From NCBI GenBank assembly GCA_031372635.1, contig JANMLQ010000081.1, positions 10,743 through 74,742 of the forward strand: a stretch of DNA of 64,000 nucleotides, given 5' to 3'. This document shows positions 26,431-36,955 of the stretch, piece by piece (position 1 is the stretch's first letter; each line of letters begins with the position of its first letter). The DNA is from Akkermansiaceae bacterium. GTDB taxonomy: Bacteria > Verrucomicrobiota > Verrucomicrobiia > Verrucomicrobiales > Akkermansiaceae. The translations under genes and the position numbers were made by a program. The notes under the pieces were generated by a model, which did no database searches, was not told the origin of the DNA, and worked only from the letters and a program-made list of their open reading frames with translations.

Positions 26431-27711
26431 ATGCTCGACATCCGCGTCATCCGCGAAAACCCCGCCGCCATCCAAGAACGCCTCAAACACCGCGGCGGCG
26501 AACACTGGAAACTCATCGACGCCGTGCTCGCCTGCGACGAATCCCGCCGCAAGTCCGAGACCGACAAACAGCAGCTCCAGAACCAGCGCAAAACCATCTC
26601 CAAACAGATTGGCCAGCTCAAGGCCAAGGGCGAGGACACTTCCGCCATCGAGGCCGAGGTCCGCGCCATCAACGAACAGATCACCGCCCTCGACGTGCTG
26701 TCCGACGCCGCCGCCGCCGAGCAAAACGGCCTCCTGCTCAACATCCCCAACCTCACCCACGACGCCTGCCCCGTTGGCTCCGATGAAAGCGCCAACCCCG
26801 TCGTCCGCGAATGGGGAACCAAGCCCGACATCGCCGCACCCAAGGACCACGTCGAACTCGCGCTGCAACACGGCCTCGTCAGTTGGGATGATGGCACCCG
26901 CGTCGCAGGCTCCGGTTTCGTCGTCTATCGCGGCAAGGGCGCACGCCTCGAACGCGCGCTCATCAACTTCCTCCTCGATACCCAATCGTCTAACGGCTAC
27001 GAGGAAGTCAACGTCCCGCACCTCGTCAAACGCGAGTGCATGGAAGGCACCGGCCAGCTTCCGAAATTCGAGGACGACATGTACGGCACCGATGCCGATG
27101 ACCACGGCATCAACAGCCTCTTCCTCGCCCCCACCGCCGAGGTGCCAGTCACCAACCTCTATCGCGACACGATTCTATCCGAATCCGATCTGCCCGTGAA
27201 AATGGTCGCCTACACCCCGTGTTTCCGCCGCGAGGCCGGGTCCGCCGGGCGCGACAACAAGGGCATCATCCGCATGCACCAGTTCGATAAAGTGGAACTC
27301 GTCCAGATCGTCCATCCCGACACCGGCTTCGAAGTTCTCGAAAATCTAACCGCCCACGCCGAGTCCATTCTTCAGAAACTCGGCTTGCACTACCGCACCA
27401 TCGAACTCTGCACCGGCGACATCGGCTTTTCCTCTGCCAAGACCTACGACATCGAAGTCTGGGCACCCGGCCACGGCAAGTATCTCGAAGTCTCAAGCTG
27501 CTCCTGCTTCACCGATTACCAAGCCCGCCGCATGAAGCTCCGCTTCAAAGACGCCGAAGGCAAAAACCGCTTCCCCCACACCCTCAACGGCTCCGGCACC
27601 GCCCTGCCACGCCTCTACGTCGCGCTGTTAGAACAATACCAGCAACCCGACGGCTCCATCAAAATCCCGGACGCGCTCGTGCCTTATTTCGGCGCTGCGG
27701 AAATACGATAA
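26431..27711 (+). CDS. serS: seryl-tRNA synthetase
   Basis: ORF trimmed to ATG 26431 (MLDIRVIRENP...). Coiled-coil arm plus class II motifs (FRREAGS, GSGTALPR). Confidence 0.93.
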   Translation: MLDIRVIRENPAAIQERLKHRGGEHWKLIDAVLACDESRRKSETDKQQLQNQRKTISKQIGQLKAKGEDTSAIEAEVRAINEQITALDVLSDAAAAEQNGLLLNIPNLTHDACPVGSDESANPVVREWGTKPDIAAPKDHVELALQHGLVSWDDGTRVAGSGFVVYRGKGARLERALINFLLDTQSSNGYEEVNVPHLVKRECMEGTGQLPKFEDDMYGTDADDHGINSLFLAPTAEVPVTNLYRDTILSESDLPVKMVAYTPCFRREAGSAGRDNKGIIRMHQFDKVELVQIVHPDTGFEVLENLTAHAESILQKLGLHYRTIELCTGDIGFSSAKTYDIEVWAPGHGKYLEVSSCSCFTDYQARRMKLRFKDAEGKNRFPHTLNGSGTALPRLYVALLEQYQQPDGSIKIPDALVPYFGAAEIR

Positions 27712-27730
27712 GCAGAAAGGGCATTCCACC

Positions 27731-27985
27731 ATGTCCGAAGAACTCCTCCCCGATCTTCTCGCCGCCGTCGAGCAGCAGCTTGCCTCCCCGCAGACGAGAT
27801 ACGTCGCCAAAACCCTAGCGCGCCTGGTTTCCGGCGGCATGGAGGAAAACGAGGCGAAACATCAAATCGCCCTCTGCCTCGGCGAGGAAATGGACACCGT
27901 CCTGCGTCACAAACGAGGCTTCGACGAAACCGCCTACCGCGACGCACTCGACGCCCTGCCGCTGGACGAGGCGGAGGAAGTCTGA
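27731..27985 (+). CDS. small acidic hypothetical protein
   Basis: 84-aa ORF with coding-like composition. No motif recognised. Confidence 0.55.
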   Translation: MSEELLPDLLAAVEQQLASPQTRYVAKTLARLVSGGMEENEAKHQIALCLGEEMDTVLRHKRGFDETAYRDALDALPLDEAEEV

Positions 27986-28187
27986 AATTTTTTACTTTTT
28001 TCTAAACCCGCCGCCCGGTCGCCACATTTTAAAGTAGAGACGCCGGAATTCCATGCTCCGCACGAACCCCGGCGGACTCAAAAATCACTAGAAAAACTCA
28101 TTGACGCCTCTACGGTTTAAATGAAAATTCCTAGTGATTTCAGCCATTAAAACGAAAAAGTCCCAATTTCAATCCTCCCTTAAACCC

Positions 28188-28772
28188 ATGAAACTGAAAC
28201 AATTGATCGTCGCTGTGGCAATCTTCGCTGCCGGAAATGCTACCGCTGCCTCTTTTATATTCGAGTCGTACGGCATCATCAAAATCAACGCATCGACGTC
28301 GTACTACGACATGCAGGCCACAAGCGGTAATCCTGACCTCCAAGGCGCTTCTTTTGGCAACCTCAATCCCTCAGTTGGCAACACCCTGACCTTGGTTGGA
28401 GGCGAAATAAAGACCTTTAAAGATGGTGGAAGCGATGTCACTGGAGCATTTTTCGACTATCGCGTTTTCAAGGTTGGAGACACTCCAGGTTCGTTCATTG
28501 AGTTCGGCCTGCCTTTCGACTCAAACATCAGCGGCACTGACCAGAAGTGGGACAAGACAGATCAAAACGCCAATCTCCTCACTGGCTTGAGCAATGGAAA
28601 CTACACCTTGGAAGTTTTCGCCAGAGCCACAGCCACCGGTCCTACTCAAACCCATTTTTCAAACAACGGAGGAGCCAACTACAAAGCGAGTTTCACCGTT
28701 GTTCCCGAGCCATCCGCCGCCCTGCTAGGCAGCATCGGAATGCTCGCCCTGCTCCGCCGCAGACGCGCCTGA
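28188..28772 (+). CDS. PEP-CTERM sorting-domain protein
   Basis: ORF trimmed to ATG 28188. Signal peptide and C-terminal VPEPSAALLGSIGMLALLRRRRA. Confidence 0.85.
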   Translation: MKLKQLIVAVAIFAAGNATAASFIFESYGIIKINASTSYYDMQATSGNPDLQGASFGNLNPSVGNTLTLVGGEIKTFKDGGSDVTGAFFDYRVFKVGDTPGSFIEFGLPFDSNISGTDQKWDKTDQNANLLTGLSNGNYTLEVFARATATGPTQTHFSNNGGANYKASFTVVPEPSAALLGSIGMLALLRRRRA

Positions 28773-28815
28773 GTTTCAATATGCCTGTTGAATTCAAATC
28801 CAGCCTCAAAAGCCC

Positions 28816-29535
28816 ATGAAACCGTTAAGATATTCCATTTGCACCGCAATCGCGATCTCTTGCCACAGCGCCATGGCTGCCAGCGTAGCACTGGATAACG
28901 CTTCAAACAGCCCTTACGGCGATGGCTGGCAAAGTAGTGACAATGGAGGCACCGGTTTTGGTTCATGGACTCTGAACGCCACCGGAAACGGAGGCACATA
29001 CATCGGCACAACCGGACAAGGCACTACGTCCTTTGGACTTTTCAGTGGCCCGAGTGGGACCGCCACCGCAAGCCGCTTGTTCACGGGTGGAGCACTTGGC
29101 ACTGGCCAGACCTTCTCAATCAATCTCGGTCACACCGCCAACATCGCGACTGGCAACGACATCGGCTTGTTGCTCACGAGCGGTGGTTCCACGGTATTTA
29201 CTCTTAAATTCGTCGGTGGATTGCCCAATTGGCTGCTGAACGATGGCGGTAGCGACTTCGGTTCCGGTCAGGCATACTCGCCTAACAATTCCATCGGTTT
29301 TTCCTTCACCTATGAGGGATCCAACAAATACTCCTACACTTTCGGCTCCGGTAGCGGAACCAGCTTCACCGCGACCAACACGATCAGTGGAATCGACGGG
29401 TTCACCTTGTTCAACAACAACCAAGGTAACGGTGAAAACCTCGGCGCGAACAACGTGTCCATCGTTCCCGAACCAACCGCAGCAGCGATGGGCTTGATCG
29501 GAGCCGCACTATTGCTGCGCCGCCGCCGCATCTGA
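28816..29535 (+). CDS. PEP-CTERM sorting-domain protein
   Basis: Signal peptide, Gly/Thr/Ser-rich body, C-terminal VPEPTAAAMGLIGAALLLRRRRI. Confidence 0.85.
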   Translation: MKPLRYSICTAIAISCHSAMAASVALDNASNSPYGDGWQSSDNGGTGFGSWTLNATGNGGTYIGTTGQGTTSFGLFSGPSGTATASRLFTGGALGTGQTFSINLGHTANIATGNDIGLLLTSGGSTVFTLKFVGGLPNWLLNDGGSDFGSGQAYSPNNSIGFSFTYEGSNKYSYTFGSGSGTSFTATNTISGIDGFTLFNNNQGNGENLGANNVSIVPEPTAAAMGLIGAALLLRRRRI

Positions 29536-29555
29536 AATACTTTTCTGTCATGAAA

Positions 29556-29594
29556 AGCCCGGGGCACCTCGTGTGTTCCGGGCTTTTATGTTTT
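29556..29594 (+). terminator. rho-independent terminator after the PEP-CTERM pair
   Basis: Stem AGCCCGG / CCGGGCT followed by TTTTATGTTTT. Confidence 0.65.
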
Positions 29595-29683
29595 ACCGGC
29601 GTTGAGGCTGGACGTGCTGAATCGCTCTTTGCAACAAGGCTTGCGGACACAACGACCAAACGATAATCGCCATTTCGCATTTC

Positions 29684-30757
29684 ATGAAACTCGGACTCGG
29701 ACTCTATCGCCATCAACTCGACGCGGATCACTTTCGTTTCGCCCGCCAATGCGGTGCCACACATCTCGTGGTCCATTGGGTGGATTACTTCCGCTCCTCC
29801 CGCAACAACCAGCCCGGCGACCAGCCGCTCGGCGATGATGCCGGCTGGGGACTCGCGGGTGATCCGGATAAACTCTGGTCCTACGAGGAAATCATCGCCG
29901 TTAGGGACGAGGCCGCGTCGCATGGACTTCAAATCGAGGCGATAGAAAACTTCGATCCCGCGCATTGGCATGACGTGCTTCTCGATGGCCCGAAGAAGGC
30001 GCAGCAACTGGAGAACCTCAAGACCATCGTCCGCACCGTCGGGCGCGCGGGCATCCCCATCATCGGCTATAATTTCTCACTGGCAGGCGTGGCTGGCCGC
30101 GTGAAAGGCCCGTGGGGCCGCGGCGGCGCGGAAGTCGTCGGCATGGATGGTCCCAACGACACGCCGATCCCTAACGGAATGATCTGGAACATGCTCTATG
30201 ACCGCGATGCTCCGCCCGGAAACATCGCCACCATCACAACGGAGGAGTTATGGCGGCGTCATGGCGAGTTTCTCGATGTCATGATCCCCGTGGCCGAGGA
30301 AGCGGGCGTCACACTCGCCGCGCATCCGGATGATCCGCCCACGCCGATGCTTCGCGGCCAGCCAAGGCTCGTGAACCAGCCCGGACTCTATCAGAAACTC
30401 ATCGACCGCCATGCCAGCCCGCGCAACGCGCTGGAGTTCTGTCTCGGCACACTTGCCGAGATGACCGATGGCGACATCTACGACGCAGTCGATAGCTACA
30501 GCCGCCAGAACCGAGTGGGCTACGTGCATTTCCGCAACGTGCGCGGCAAGGTGCCCCACTATCAGGAAACCTTCGTGGACGAGGGCGATCTCGATATGCT
30601 GCGCGTGCTGCGGATTCTCAAACGCAACGGTTTCAGCGGCGTCCTCATCCCCGATCACGCACCGCAGATGACTTGCGCTGCGCCGTGGCATGCAGGCATG
30701 GCCTACGCCTGCGGCTGGATGATCGCGGCGCTGAGGTCGCTGGAAGCGGAAGCGTAA
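29684..30757 (+). CDS. uxuA: mannonate dehydratase
   Basis: MKLGLGLYRH..., TIM-barrel UxuA layout, and HFRNVRG plus PDH motifs near the C-terminus. Confidence 0.88.
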   Translation: MKLGLGLYRHQLDADHFRFARQCGATHLVVHWVDYFRSSRNNQPGDQPLGDDAGWGLAGDPDKLWSYEEIIAVRDEAASHGLQIEAIENFDPAHWHDVLLDGPKKAQQLENLKTIVRTVGRAGIPIIGYNFSLAGVAGRVKGPWGRGGAEVVGMDGPNDTPIPNGMIWNMLYDRDAPPGNIATITTEELWRRHGEFLDVMIPVAEEAGVTLAAHPDDPPTPMLRGQPRLVNQPGLYQKLIDRHASPRNALEFCLGTLAEMTDGDIYDAVDSYSRQNRVGYVHFRNVRGKVPHYQETFVDEGDLDMLRVLRILKRNGFSGVLIPDHAPQMTCAAPWHAGMAYACGWMIAALRSLEAEA

Positions 30758-30825
30758 CTGAACGCTGTGATTTTTGTTTGGCGCTTGGAACTTTTCCTCC
30801 GGCGGGCTTCCTTTGGTGCGTGGAA

Positions 30826-33645
30826 ATGATCCGTATCCGCGGTGCGCGTCAGCATAACTTGAGGAACATCGACGTCGATGTGCCGCGCGGTAAACTCGTG
30901 GTCATCACCGGTCCCAGCGGCTCGGGAAAATCCTCGCTCGCGTTTCACACACTCTATGCCGAGGGCCAGCGGCGTTATGTCGAATCCCTGTCGGTTTATG
31001 CGCGGCAGTTTCTCGATCAGTTAGAGAAACCGGACGTCGATTCCATCGAAGGACTCAGTCCAGCCATCGCCATCGAACAACGCGGCGGCGGACTCAATCC
31101 ACGCTCGACCGTGGCCACTGCCACCGAGATCCATGACTACCTCCGTGTGTTGTGGGCGGCGGCGGGTGTGCCGCACGATCCGCAAACCGGCGAACGACTT
31201 CAGCGCATGGGCGCGGCGGACATCGTGAACGTGCTCACCGCGATGGAGGAGGGGACGAAGGTGATGTTGCTCGCTCCCGTGCCGCAGGAAGAACTGGGTG
31301 AACCCGCGCGGCTGTTAGGTGATCTCCAGCGGCAGGGATACATCCGCGTGCGAGTGGATGGTGAAGTGATGGAGATTGAGGACGCTGCGAAATCCTGGCC
31401 CGATTCACCGCCGGTGTTAGAGATCGTGGTGGACCGTTTCGTGGTGCGTCCCGGCGTGGAATCGCGCCTTGCGGATTCGGTGGAGACTTCGCTGCGCCTC
31501 TGCGGCGTGGAGGCGCGCGCCGCAGTTCAGGAACCCGCAGCGGATGCATGGCGCGATCTCACCTTTCAGACTTCCTATCAGAATCCGCGCACGGGTTTCA
31601 CTGTCGGCGCGCTATCGCCCAAGCACTTTTCGTTCAACTCTCACCTCGGAGCCTGCGAGGCTTGCGAGGGTCTTGGCACCGAGATGTTCTGCGATCCGGC
31701 ATTGCTGATAGAGGATCATGCAGCACCCCTTTTGAAAGGCGGGCTGCGCGGCTGGTGGCCGGAGAAATCTTCGCGCGCCGGGCAGTTCGTGAATGAAACG
31801 CAGTCGTTGCTGCGCATGTTCGATCTGCCTGAAGACGCATCGTTAAATGATCTTCCAGTGACCGCATCGGAACTTCTCTTCCAAGGCGGCACACTTGAAA
31901 CCGGATGGAAAGTCGGGCGTGAAAAAACTCCGCAGAAAAAAAACTTCGAGGGTCTCGCCCATGAATCGTTGCGCAAGTACCGCGAGGCGAAGACCGAGAT
32001 CACGCGCCGCCGCCTCTCGCGGGTGATGGCGCACCGGCCATGCCACATCTGCGCGGGCAGGCGGCTCAAGCCGGAATGGCTCGCAGTGCGCATCGAGGGC
32101 GAGAGCGGACGATGGCTCGGCATTCAGGATTTCTGCGCGCTCGATGTGAGCGCGGCGCTGCGATGGCTCGATGGTTTCCACTTGGAGCCAGCACGCGCGG
32201 AAGTCTGCAAACGCCTCGTGCAAGACGTGCGCAAGCGGCTCTCGTTTCTCGAAGAGGTGGGCCTAGATTATCTCACGCTGGATCGCGGCAGCGGCACTCT
32301 ATCAGGTGGCGAGGCCCAGCGCATCCGTCTCGCCACCCAACTCGGCGCGGGCCTTTCCGGAGTGATCTACGTGCTCGATGAACCCAGCATCGGCCTGCAC
32401 GCAGCGGATACCAGCCGCTTGATCCGCGCACTCGTCCGCCTGCGCGATCTCGGGAACACCGTGGTCGTCGTCGAGCATGATGAAGAAATCATTCGCGCGT
32501 CAGACCACGTCATCGATCTCGGTCCCGGCGCGGGCAGTGCGGGCGGTCTCTTGCTCGCGGCAGGCAGGCCGGATGAAATCCAGTCGCCTACTGGAGAATG
32601 GCTGAGAGGGAAGACTGGGCATGGCGCTTGCAAACCGCCGCCACATTTCGCGAGCGGCAACTTGGTCATCCGCGGCGCACGTGAGCACAATTTAAAGAAC
32701 CTCGATGTCACGATTCCGTTAGGCCGACTCGTTTGTCTTTGCGGCCCGAGCGGCAGCGGCAAGTCCACGCTTGCCGATGACATTCTGCGGCGCGTGTTGG
32801 CGCGGCATTTCCACGGCTCCGGCGAGGCACCGGGAAAACACGAGCGCATCGAAGGACTCGATCACATCGAGAAATGTGTCGTCGCCGATCAATCACCGAT
32901 CGGCCGCAGCCCGCGCTCGAATCCGGCGACTTTTACCGGCGCATTCGATCTCATCCGCGAACTCTTCACGAAACTTCCGCTTTCCAAACAGCGCGGCTAT
33001 GGCCCCGGACGTTTCAGTTTCAACGCTGCCGGCGGGCGCTGCGAACGCTGCCAAGGCAATGGCCGCCTGCGGATAGAAATGCACTTCCTGCCAGACGCAT
33101 GGGTCGCTTGTCCTGCATGCGATGGCAGACGCTTCAACCGCGAGACGCTGGAAGTCACCTACAAGGGGAAATCCATTTCAGAAGTGTTAGAACTCCAAGT
33201 CGCCGAGGCGCTCGCCTTCTTTCGCCCGATTCCAAAACTCCGCAACATCCTCGCCATGCTCGATGAACTCGGCCTCGGCTACCTCAAGCTCGGCCAGGCC
33301 GCCAACACTCTATCAGGTGGCGAAGCCCAGCGGCTTAAGCTCGCCGTGGAACTCGCCCGCCCGCAGGCACCGCACACGCTCTACCTCTTCGACGAGCCGA
33401 CCACCGGCCTGCACTTCGGCGATGTCGAGCGTCTGTTAGGCGCGTTCACGCGCCTGCGCGATGCGGGCCATAGTGTGCTCGTCGTAGAGCATCACCTCGA
33501 TGTCATCACCGCTGCGGATTGGGTGATCGAGCTAGGTCCCGGCGGCGGCACCCATGGCGGAAACCTCGTCGCCGAAGGCCCACCCGCAGCCATCCGGGAA
33601 ACCCCGGACTCGCCCACAGGCCGGGCGCTCAGGCAGCGCGTTTAG
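30826..33645 (+). CDS. uvrA: excinuclease ABC subunit A
   Basis: ORF trimmed to ATG 30826 ([40 protein letters not shown]). Two ABC modules, zinc-finger Cys clusters, and LSGGEAQR twice. Confidence 0.93.
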   Translation: MIRIRGARQHNLRNIDVDVPRGKLVVITGPSGSGKSSLAFHTLYAEGQRRYVESLSVYARQFLDQLEKPDVDSIEGLSPAIAIEQRGGGLNPRSTVATATEIHDYLRVLWAAAGVPHDPQTGERLQRMGAADIVNVLTAMEEGTKVMLLAPVPQEELGEPARLLGDLQRQGYIRVRVDGEVMEIEDAAKSWPDSPPVLEIVVDRFVVRPGVESRLADSVETSLRLCGVEARAAVQEPAADAWRDLTFQTSYQNPRTGFTVGALSPKHFSFNSHLGACEACEGLGTEMFCDPALLIEDHAAPLLKGGLRGWWPEKSSRAGQFVNETQSLLRMFDLPEDASLNDLPVTASELLFQGGTLETGWKVGREKTPQKKNFEGLAHESLRKYREAKTEITRRRLSRVMAHRPCHICAGRRLKPEWLAVRIEGESGRWLGIQDFCALDVSAALRWLDGFHLEPARAEVCKRLVQDVRKRLSFLEEVGLDYLTLDRGSGTLSGGEAQRIRLATQLGAGLSGVIYVLDEPSIGLHAADTSRLIRALVRLRDLGNTVVVVEHDEEIIRASDHVIDLGPGAGSAGGLLLAAGRPDEIQSPTGEWLRGKTGHGACKPPPHFASGNLVIRGAREHNLKNLDVTIPLGRLVCLCGPSGSGKSTLADDILRRVLARHFHGSGEAPGKHERIEGLDHIEKCVVADQSPIGRSPRSNPATFTGAFDLIRELFTKLPLSKQRGYGPGRFSFNAAGGRCERCQGNGRLRIEMHFLPDAWVACPACDGRRFNRETLEVTYKGKSISEVLELQVAEALAFFRPIPKLRNILAMLDELGLGYLKLGQAANTLSGGEAQRLKLAVELARPQAPHTLYLFDEPTTGLHFGDVERLLGAFTRLRDAGHSVLVVEHHLDVITAADWVIELGPGGGTHGGNLVAEGPPAAIRETPDSPTGRALRQRV

Positions 33646-33698
33646 TGGTGCTGTGATTCACCAGTTGACGGCACACGCGTGCCCTCTAACTTGGCGCG

Positions 33699-34538
33699 AT
33701 GAAAAAGCAGCTTGTTTCCCTGATGGTGGCCGTGTTTTCCCTGAACACCGCGCAAGCCGAGCTGGTCGAGAAAACCGTGACCTACGAGAAGGACGGAGTG
33801 ACCATGGAAGGCTTCCACGTCTATGACGATTCGGTTTCAGGAAAACTGCCCGCCGTGTTAGTGATCCACCAGTGGATGGGGCTTTCTGATAATGAAAAAC
33901 AACGCGCGCGCATGCTCGCGCAAATGGGCTGCAATGTCTTCGCCGCAGACATCTATGGCAAAGGCGTGCGCCCGGAAAATGCGGCGAATGCGGGCAAACT
34001 CGCAGGGAAGTTCAAGAGCGACCGCGCGCTCTATCGCTCGCGGCTGATGGCAGGGCTGGAGGTTTTGAAAAAGGACGAGCGCACGGATGAAACGAAGATG
34101 GCGGCGATCGGTTATTGTTTCGGTGGCACTGGTGTTCTTGAGCTGGCGCGGGCGGGAGCGCCGCTGGCGGGTGTGGTTTCGTTTCACGGCGGACTTGATG
34201 CAGTCGATGGCCTCGCTGCGAAAACGGACGGAGTGAAGTCCAAGGTGCTCGTGCTTCACGGCGCGGATGATTCCTATGTGCCTGCGGCCCAGGTTGCCGC
34301 ATTCCAGAAAGAGTTCACGGATGCGAAGGCGGACTGGCAGATGGTTTTCTACAGCGGCGCGGTCCACGCCTTCACGCAGAAGTCCGCTGGTGATGATCCG
34401 TTGAAAGGCGTGGCCTACAACGCCACCGCCGACCGCCGCTCATGGCAGGCGATGAAGTTTTTCTTCATGGAGACCTTGGGACTCACCTCGCTGAAAATTG
34501 GAAGGCCCAGAGTTATTCCGCCACCGAAGCCGGAATGA
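33699..34538 (+). CDS. dienelactone hydrolase family protein (secreted)
   Basis: Signal peptide, GYCFGG nucleophile elbow, and LVLHGADD plus GAVHAF motifs. Confidence 0.85.
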   Translation: MKKQLVSLMVAVFSLNTAQAELVEKTVTYEKDGVTMEGFHVYDDSVSGKLPAVLVIHQWMGLSDNEKQRARMLAQMGCNVFAADIYGKGVRPENAANAGKLAGKFKSDRALYRSRLMAGLEVLKKDERTDETKMAAIGYCFGGTGVLELARAGAPLAGVVSFHGGLDAVDGLAAKTDGVKSKVLVLHGADDSYVPAAQVAAFQKEFTDAKADWQMVFYSGAVHAFTQKSAGDDPLKGVAYNATADRRSWQAMKFFFMETLGLTSLKIGRPRVIPPPKPE

Positions 34539-35715
34539 TTCCCCATGCCTTTATCCTTGGCAGCCACGAAACACGGGGTTGAATGGCGGGGCTTTGATTG
34601 ACCCACCCTTCGACCACTGGATCTGGCTAATTCCCGCGTTTTTGATCGGGGCCTGCATCGGATCGTTTCTCAACGTCGTCATCTATCGGGTGCCGCTCGG
34701 TATGTCGGTGAATGAACCTAACCGCTCGTTTTGCCCGAAGTGCAAAAAGGACATTCCGATGTGGCTGAACTTCCCGCTGGTGAGCTGGCTGTGGCTGCGC
34801 GGAAAATGCAAGGAGTGCAGCGCGCCGATCGCCTTCCGTTACTTCGGCGTGGAGCTTCTCACGGCGCTACTCTTCACTGCGGTGTGGTGGTTGTTTCCGC
34901 CGCAAGTGGCGCTCTTCCTGTGGGTGATGATGGCGCTGCTGGTCTCGATCACTTTCATCGATGCCGAGCACCTCATCATTCCGACGAAGATGACTTGGGT
35001 GGGATCGTTGATCGGTCTGGCCGCGTGCGCGGTGTGGCCGCAACTGCCGGTAATGGGTGATGAAGCGGGCAACTGGCTGTCCGGCCTGAAACACGGCGGC
35101 ATCGGCTGGGTCTGCGGTTTCGTAGGACTGTGGTTCGTGGTGGAGTTGGGAAAACTCGCCTTCGGTAAAAAGAAGGTGGCGTTTGAAAATCCGGTGGCGT
35201 GGGAACTCAAGGAGCCGGAAGGCGAACAAGACCCGATGCTCTTCATCCTCGATGGCGAGGAGATCCCGTGGTGGGATTTATTCTTCCGTAAGTCCGACCG
35301 GCTCGTGCTGGATTGCACGGACATCGTAGTGGACGGCGAATCCATCGGCGCGGGAAAGCTCAACATCCGCGAGACTGAAATCGAACTGCCGGACGGCTCC
35401 GCGTGTCATCTTGCGAAAATGAAATCGCTCTCCGGCACTGTGACCTCCGCCGTGATCCCGCGCGAGGCGATGGGCATGGGCGACATCCATCTGTTAGGAA
35501 TGATCGGCGCATTCTTCGGTTGGACTGGCGTATTCTTCTCGCTGTTTTCGGCATCGTTCTTCGCCATCATCGCCGCGATCATCGGGCGCGTCGGTTTCGG
35601 CAAGCAACTTCCCTTCGGCCCATTCCTCGCGATGGGCTGCATCACTTGGGCCTTCGGCGGCTGGAAACTGTGGGCTTGGTATATCGATTTCCTCGGGCCG
35701 ATATGGATGCCTTGA
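34498..35715 (+). CDS. prepilin peptidase (A24 family) with ~100-aa insert between the catalytic Asp motifs
   Basis: GSFLNVVIYRVP, FCPKC...CKEC zinc motif, FIDAEH and GMGDIHLLG Asp motifs. Start uncertain: ATG 34498 overlaps the upstream gene by 41 nt; TTG 34579 or 34594 are alternatives. Confidence 0.82.
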   Translation: MEGPELFRHRSRNDSPCLYPWQPRNTGLNGGALIDPPFDHWIWLIPAFLIGACIGSFLNVVIYRVPLGMSVNEPNRSFCPKCKKDIPMWLNFPLVSWLWLRGKCKECSAPIAFRYFGVELLTALLFTAVWWLFPPQVALFLWVMMALLVSITFIDAEHLIIPTKMTWVGSLIGLAACAVWPQLPVMGDEAGNWLSGLKHGGIGWVCGFVGLWFVVELGKLAFGKKKVAFENPVAWELKEPEGEQDPMLFILDGEEIPWWDLFFRKSDRLVLDCTDIVVDGESIGAGKLNIRETEIELPDGSACHLAKMKSLSGTVTSAVIPREAMGMGDIHLLGMIGAFFGWTGVFFSLFSASFFAIIAAIIGRVGFGKQLPFGPFLAMGCITWAFGGWKLWAWYIDFLGPIWMP

Positions 35716-35808
35716 ACGTCGAAGAGAAGAGGATGGGAAATCGGGAGGTGTGAGTATTAGCGGCCTGTTCTAAAAACCGTCTCACGGTTGTGGCTCTGAA
35801 ACCGTGCT

Positions 35809-36663
35809 TCATCCTTGCCGCTGTTGATTCAATAATTTGATCCATGAGCGAACGAGCGTTGGTAGTCGATCAATCACTTCTTTTCCAACCAGCACCTCAT
35901 CGACAAAGCCCATTTGCAGCATATCGACAATGCGGCAGAGGTAGCTTTTCCCACAGTCCCACCATGTGTAACGGGCATCCAAAAACAAGTAGTGGAGAAC
36001 CAGGACGTTTTCAGAGTTTTCCAGCTCCTCGATTTCCATGCCATCAAGCAAAGTTTCATAGACGCCATCCGCCACCCTACTGCCGAAGGTCGTCGTGTAG
36101 TAGTATTCCTTGATCTCCCAAATTGCGATTGGATTGATGGGTGATGGGAATGCCCCATCGACTCTTCGTGACAGCGTTCGTAAGGGAGCACCATTGCGAG
36201 TCACCGTAGTCAACTTCCGTGGATCATAGTCAACCGGAAGATCATTGCAGTTTGCTTCAATCAGCATGTTGACCATGCCCGTCAGATAGGCTGGCGCTTT
36301 CTTTTTGCCCTTTTGCTTATTCATCGGCAGCGGGCATTTTGGCTTAAGCTTTTTGTGGAGCGCCTCGAATTGCATTTTAGCCTCAGATGCATCCATCAGT
36401 AGCGGCGCTACGTCATTGTTGAGCGTATCGGCACGAAATTTGAAGTATGCTCCAAGCAGATCAAGGAGCGTCTTGCCGTTGATAATTGTCTTCAACGCGG
36501 ACTCGTTCAATCCAAGTGAAATGAAGGCGGCTTTAATTTCATCTGGCGTCGGAATTTTTACCGTCCCTTCGCTGCGGACTGTGTAGCCGCAGGCTTGGCT
36601 GACAGTTTTCACAGCGGCCCAGAATGATTTTGGGAGCTTTACGAATTCAGGATTGGGTCGCAT
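35809..36663 (-). CDS. putative type II restriction endonuclease (family not recognised)
   Basis: Called from context: it follows a C-protein gene with a 1-nt spacer and is divergent from a Dam-class methyltransferase. Has a PD-(D/E)XK-like VDGAF-x14-EIK motif. AT-richer than its surroundings. Confidence 0.55.
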   Translation of the reverse strand: MRPNPEFVKLPKSFWAAVKTVSQACGYTVRSEGTVKIPTPDEIKAAFISLGLNESALKTIINGKTLLDLLGAYFKFRADTLNNDVAPLLMDASEAKMQFEALHKKLKPKCPLPMNKQKGKKKAPAYLTGMVNMLIEANCNDLPVDYDPRKLTTVTRNGAPLRTLSRRVDGAFPSPINPIAIWEIKEYYYTTTFGSRVADGVYETLLDGMEIEELENSENVLVLHYLFLDARYTWWDCGKSYLCRIVDMLQMGFVDEVLVGKEVIDRLPTLVRSWIKLLNQQRQG

Positions 36664-36664
36664 G

Positions 36665-36901
36665 TCACTTCTTGGTCAGACGTTTAATCGCATCATCGAC
36701 GGTGACACCAAGTTCGCGGAAGATCGAAAGGGCTTCTAGGAAGGTAAGCAGTCGTTCGCCTGTCTCGAACTTGCTCACGAAGGACTGCGGCACTCCGAGA
36801 CGAGCCGCAAGATCGGCTTGCCGGAGACCTGCCGCTTTGCGAGAGTCTCGCAGGAATTGGCGAAGTGCTTGTTCTCCTTTGCTGTGAGGGTCACGAATCA
36901 C
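36665..36901 (-). CDS. XRE-family HTH protein, likely restriction-modification controller (C) protein
   Basis: HTH LRQADLAARLGVPQSFVSKFETGER. Trimmed to the in-frame GTG at 36901 (78 aa), because the longer ORF would overlap the methyltransferase start. Confidence 0.65.
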   Translation of the reverse strand: MIRDPHSKGEQALRQFLRDSRKAAGLRQADLAARLGVPQSFVSKFETGERLLTFLEALSIFRELGVTVDDAIKRLTKK

Positions 36902-36926
36902 GAAGCCCCTTCTAGAATAATTTGAC

Positions 36927-36949
36927 GAGAATCCCAAAACGGGATATTC
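36927..36949. promoter_or_regulatory. imperfect palindrome GAGAATCCC-AAAAC-GGGATATTC between the divergent C and M genes (candidate C-box/operator)
   Basis: Read directly from the sequence. 7 of 9 positions are complementary. It sits in the 54-bp divergent spacer. Confidence 0.4.
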
Positions 36950-36955
36950 ACTGAC

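Noticed and set aside
26332-27105. 257-aa minus-strand ORF opposite serS
   Set aside because: Shadow ORF with Gly/Ala/Asp/Val-rich composition. The plus strand has class II synthetase motifs.
30673-30825. Upstream ATG (30673) as the uvrA start
   Set aside because: It would overlap the uxuA 3' end by 85 nt and add a Cys/Arg-rich non-conserved leader. The canonical UvrA N-terminus begins at ATG 30826.
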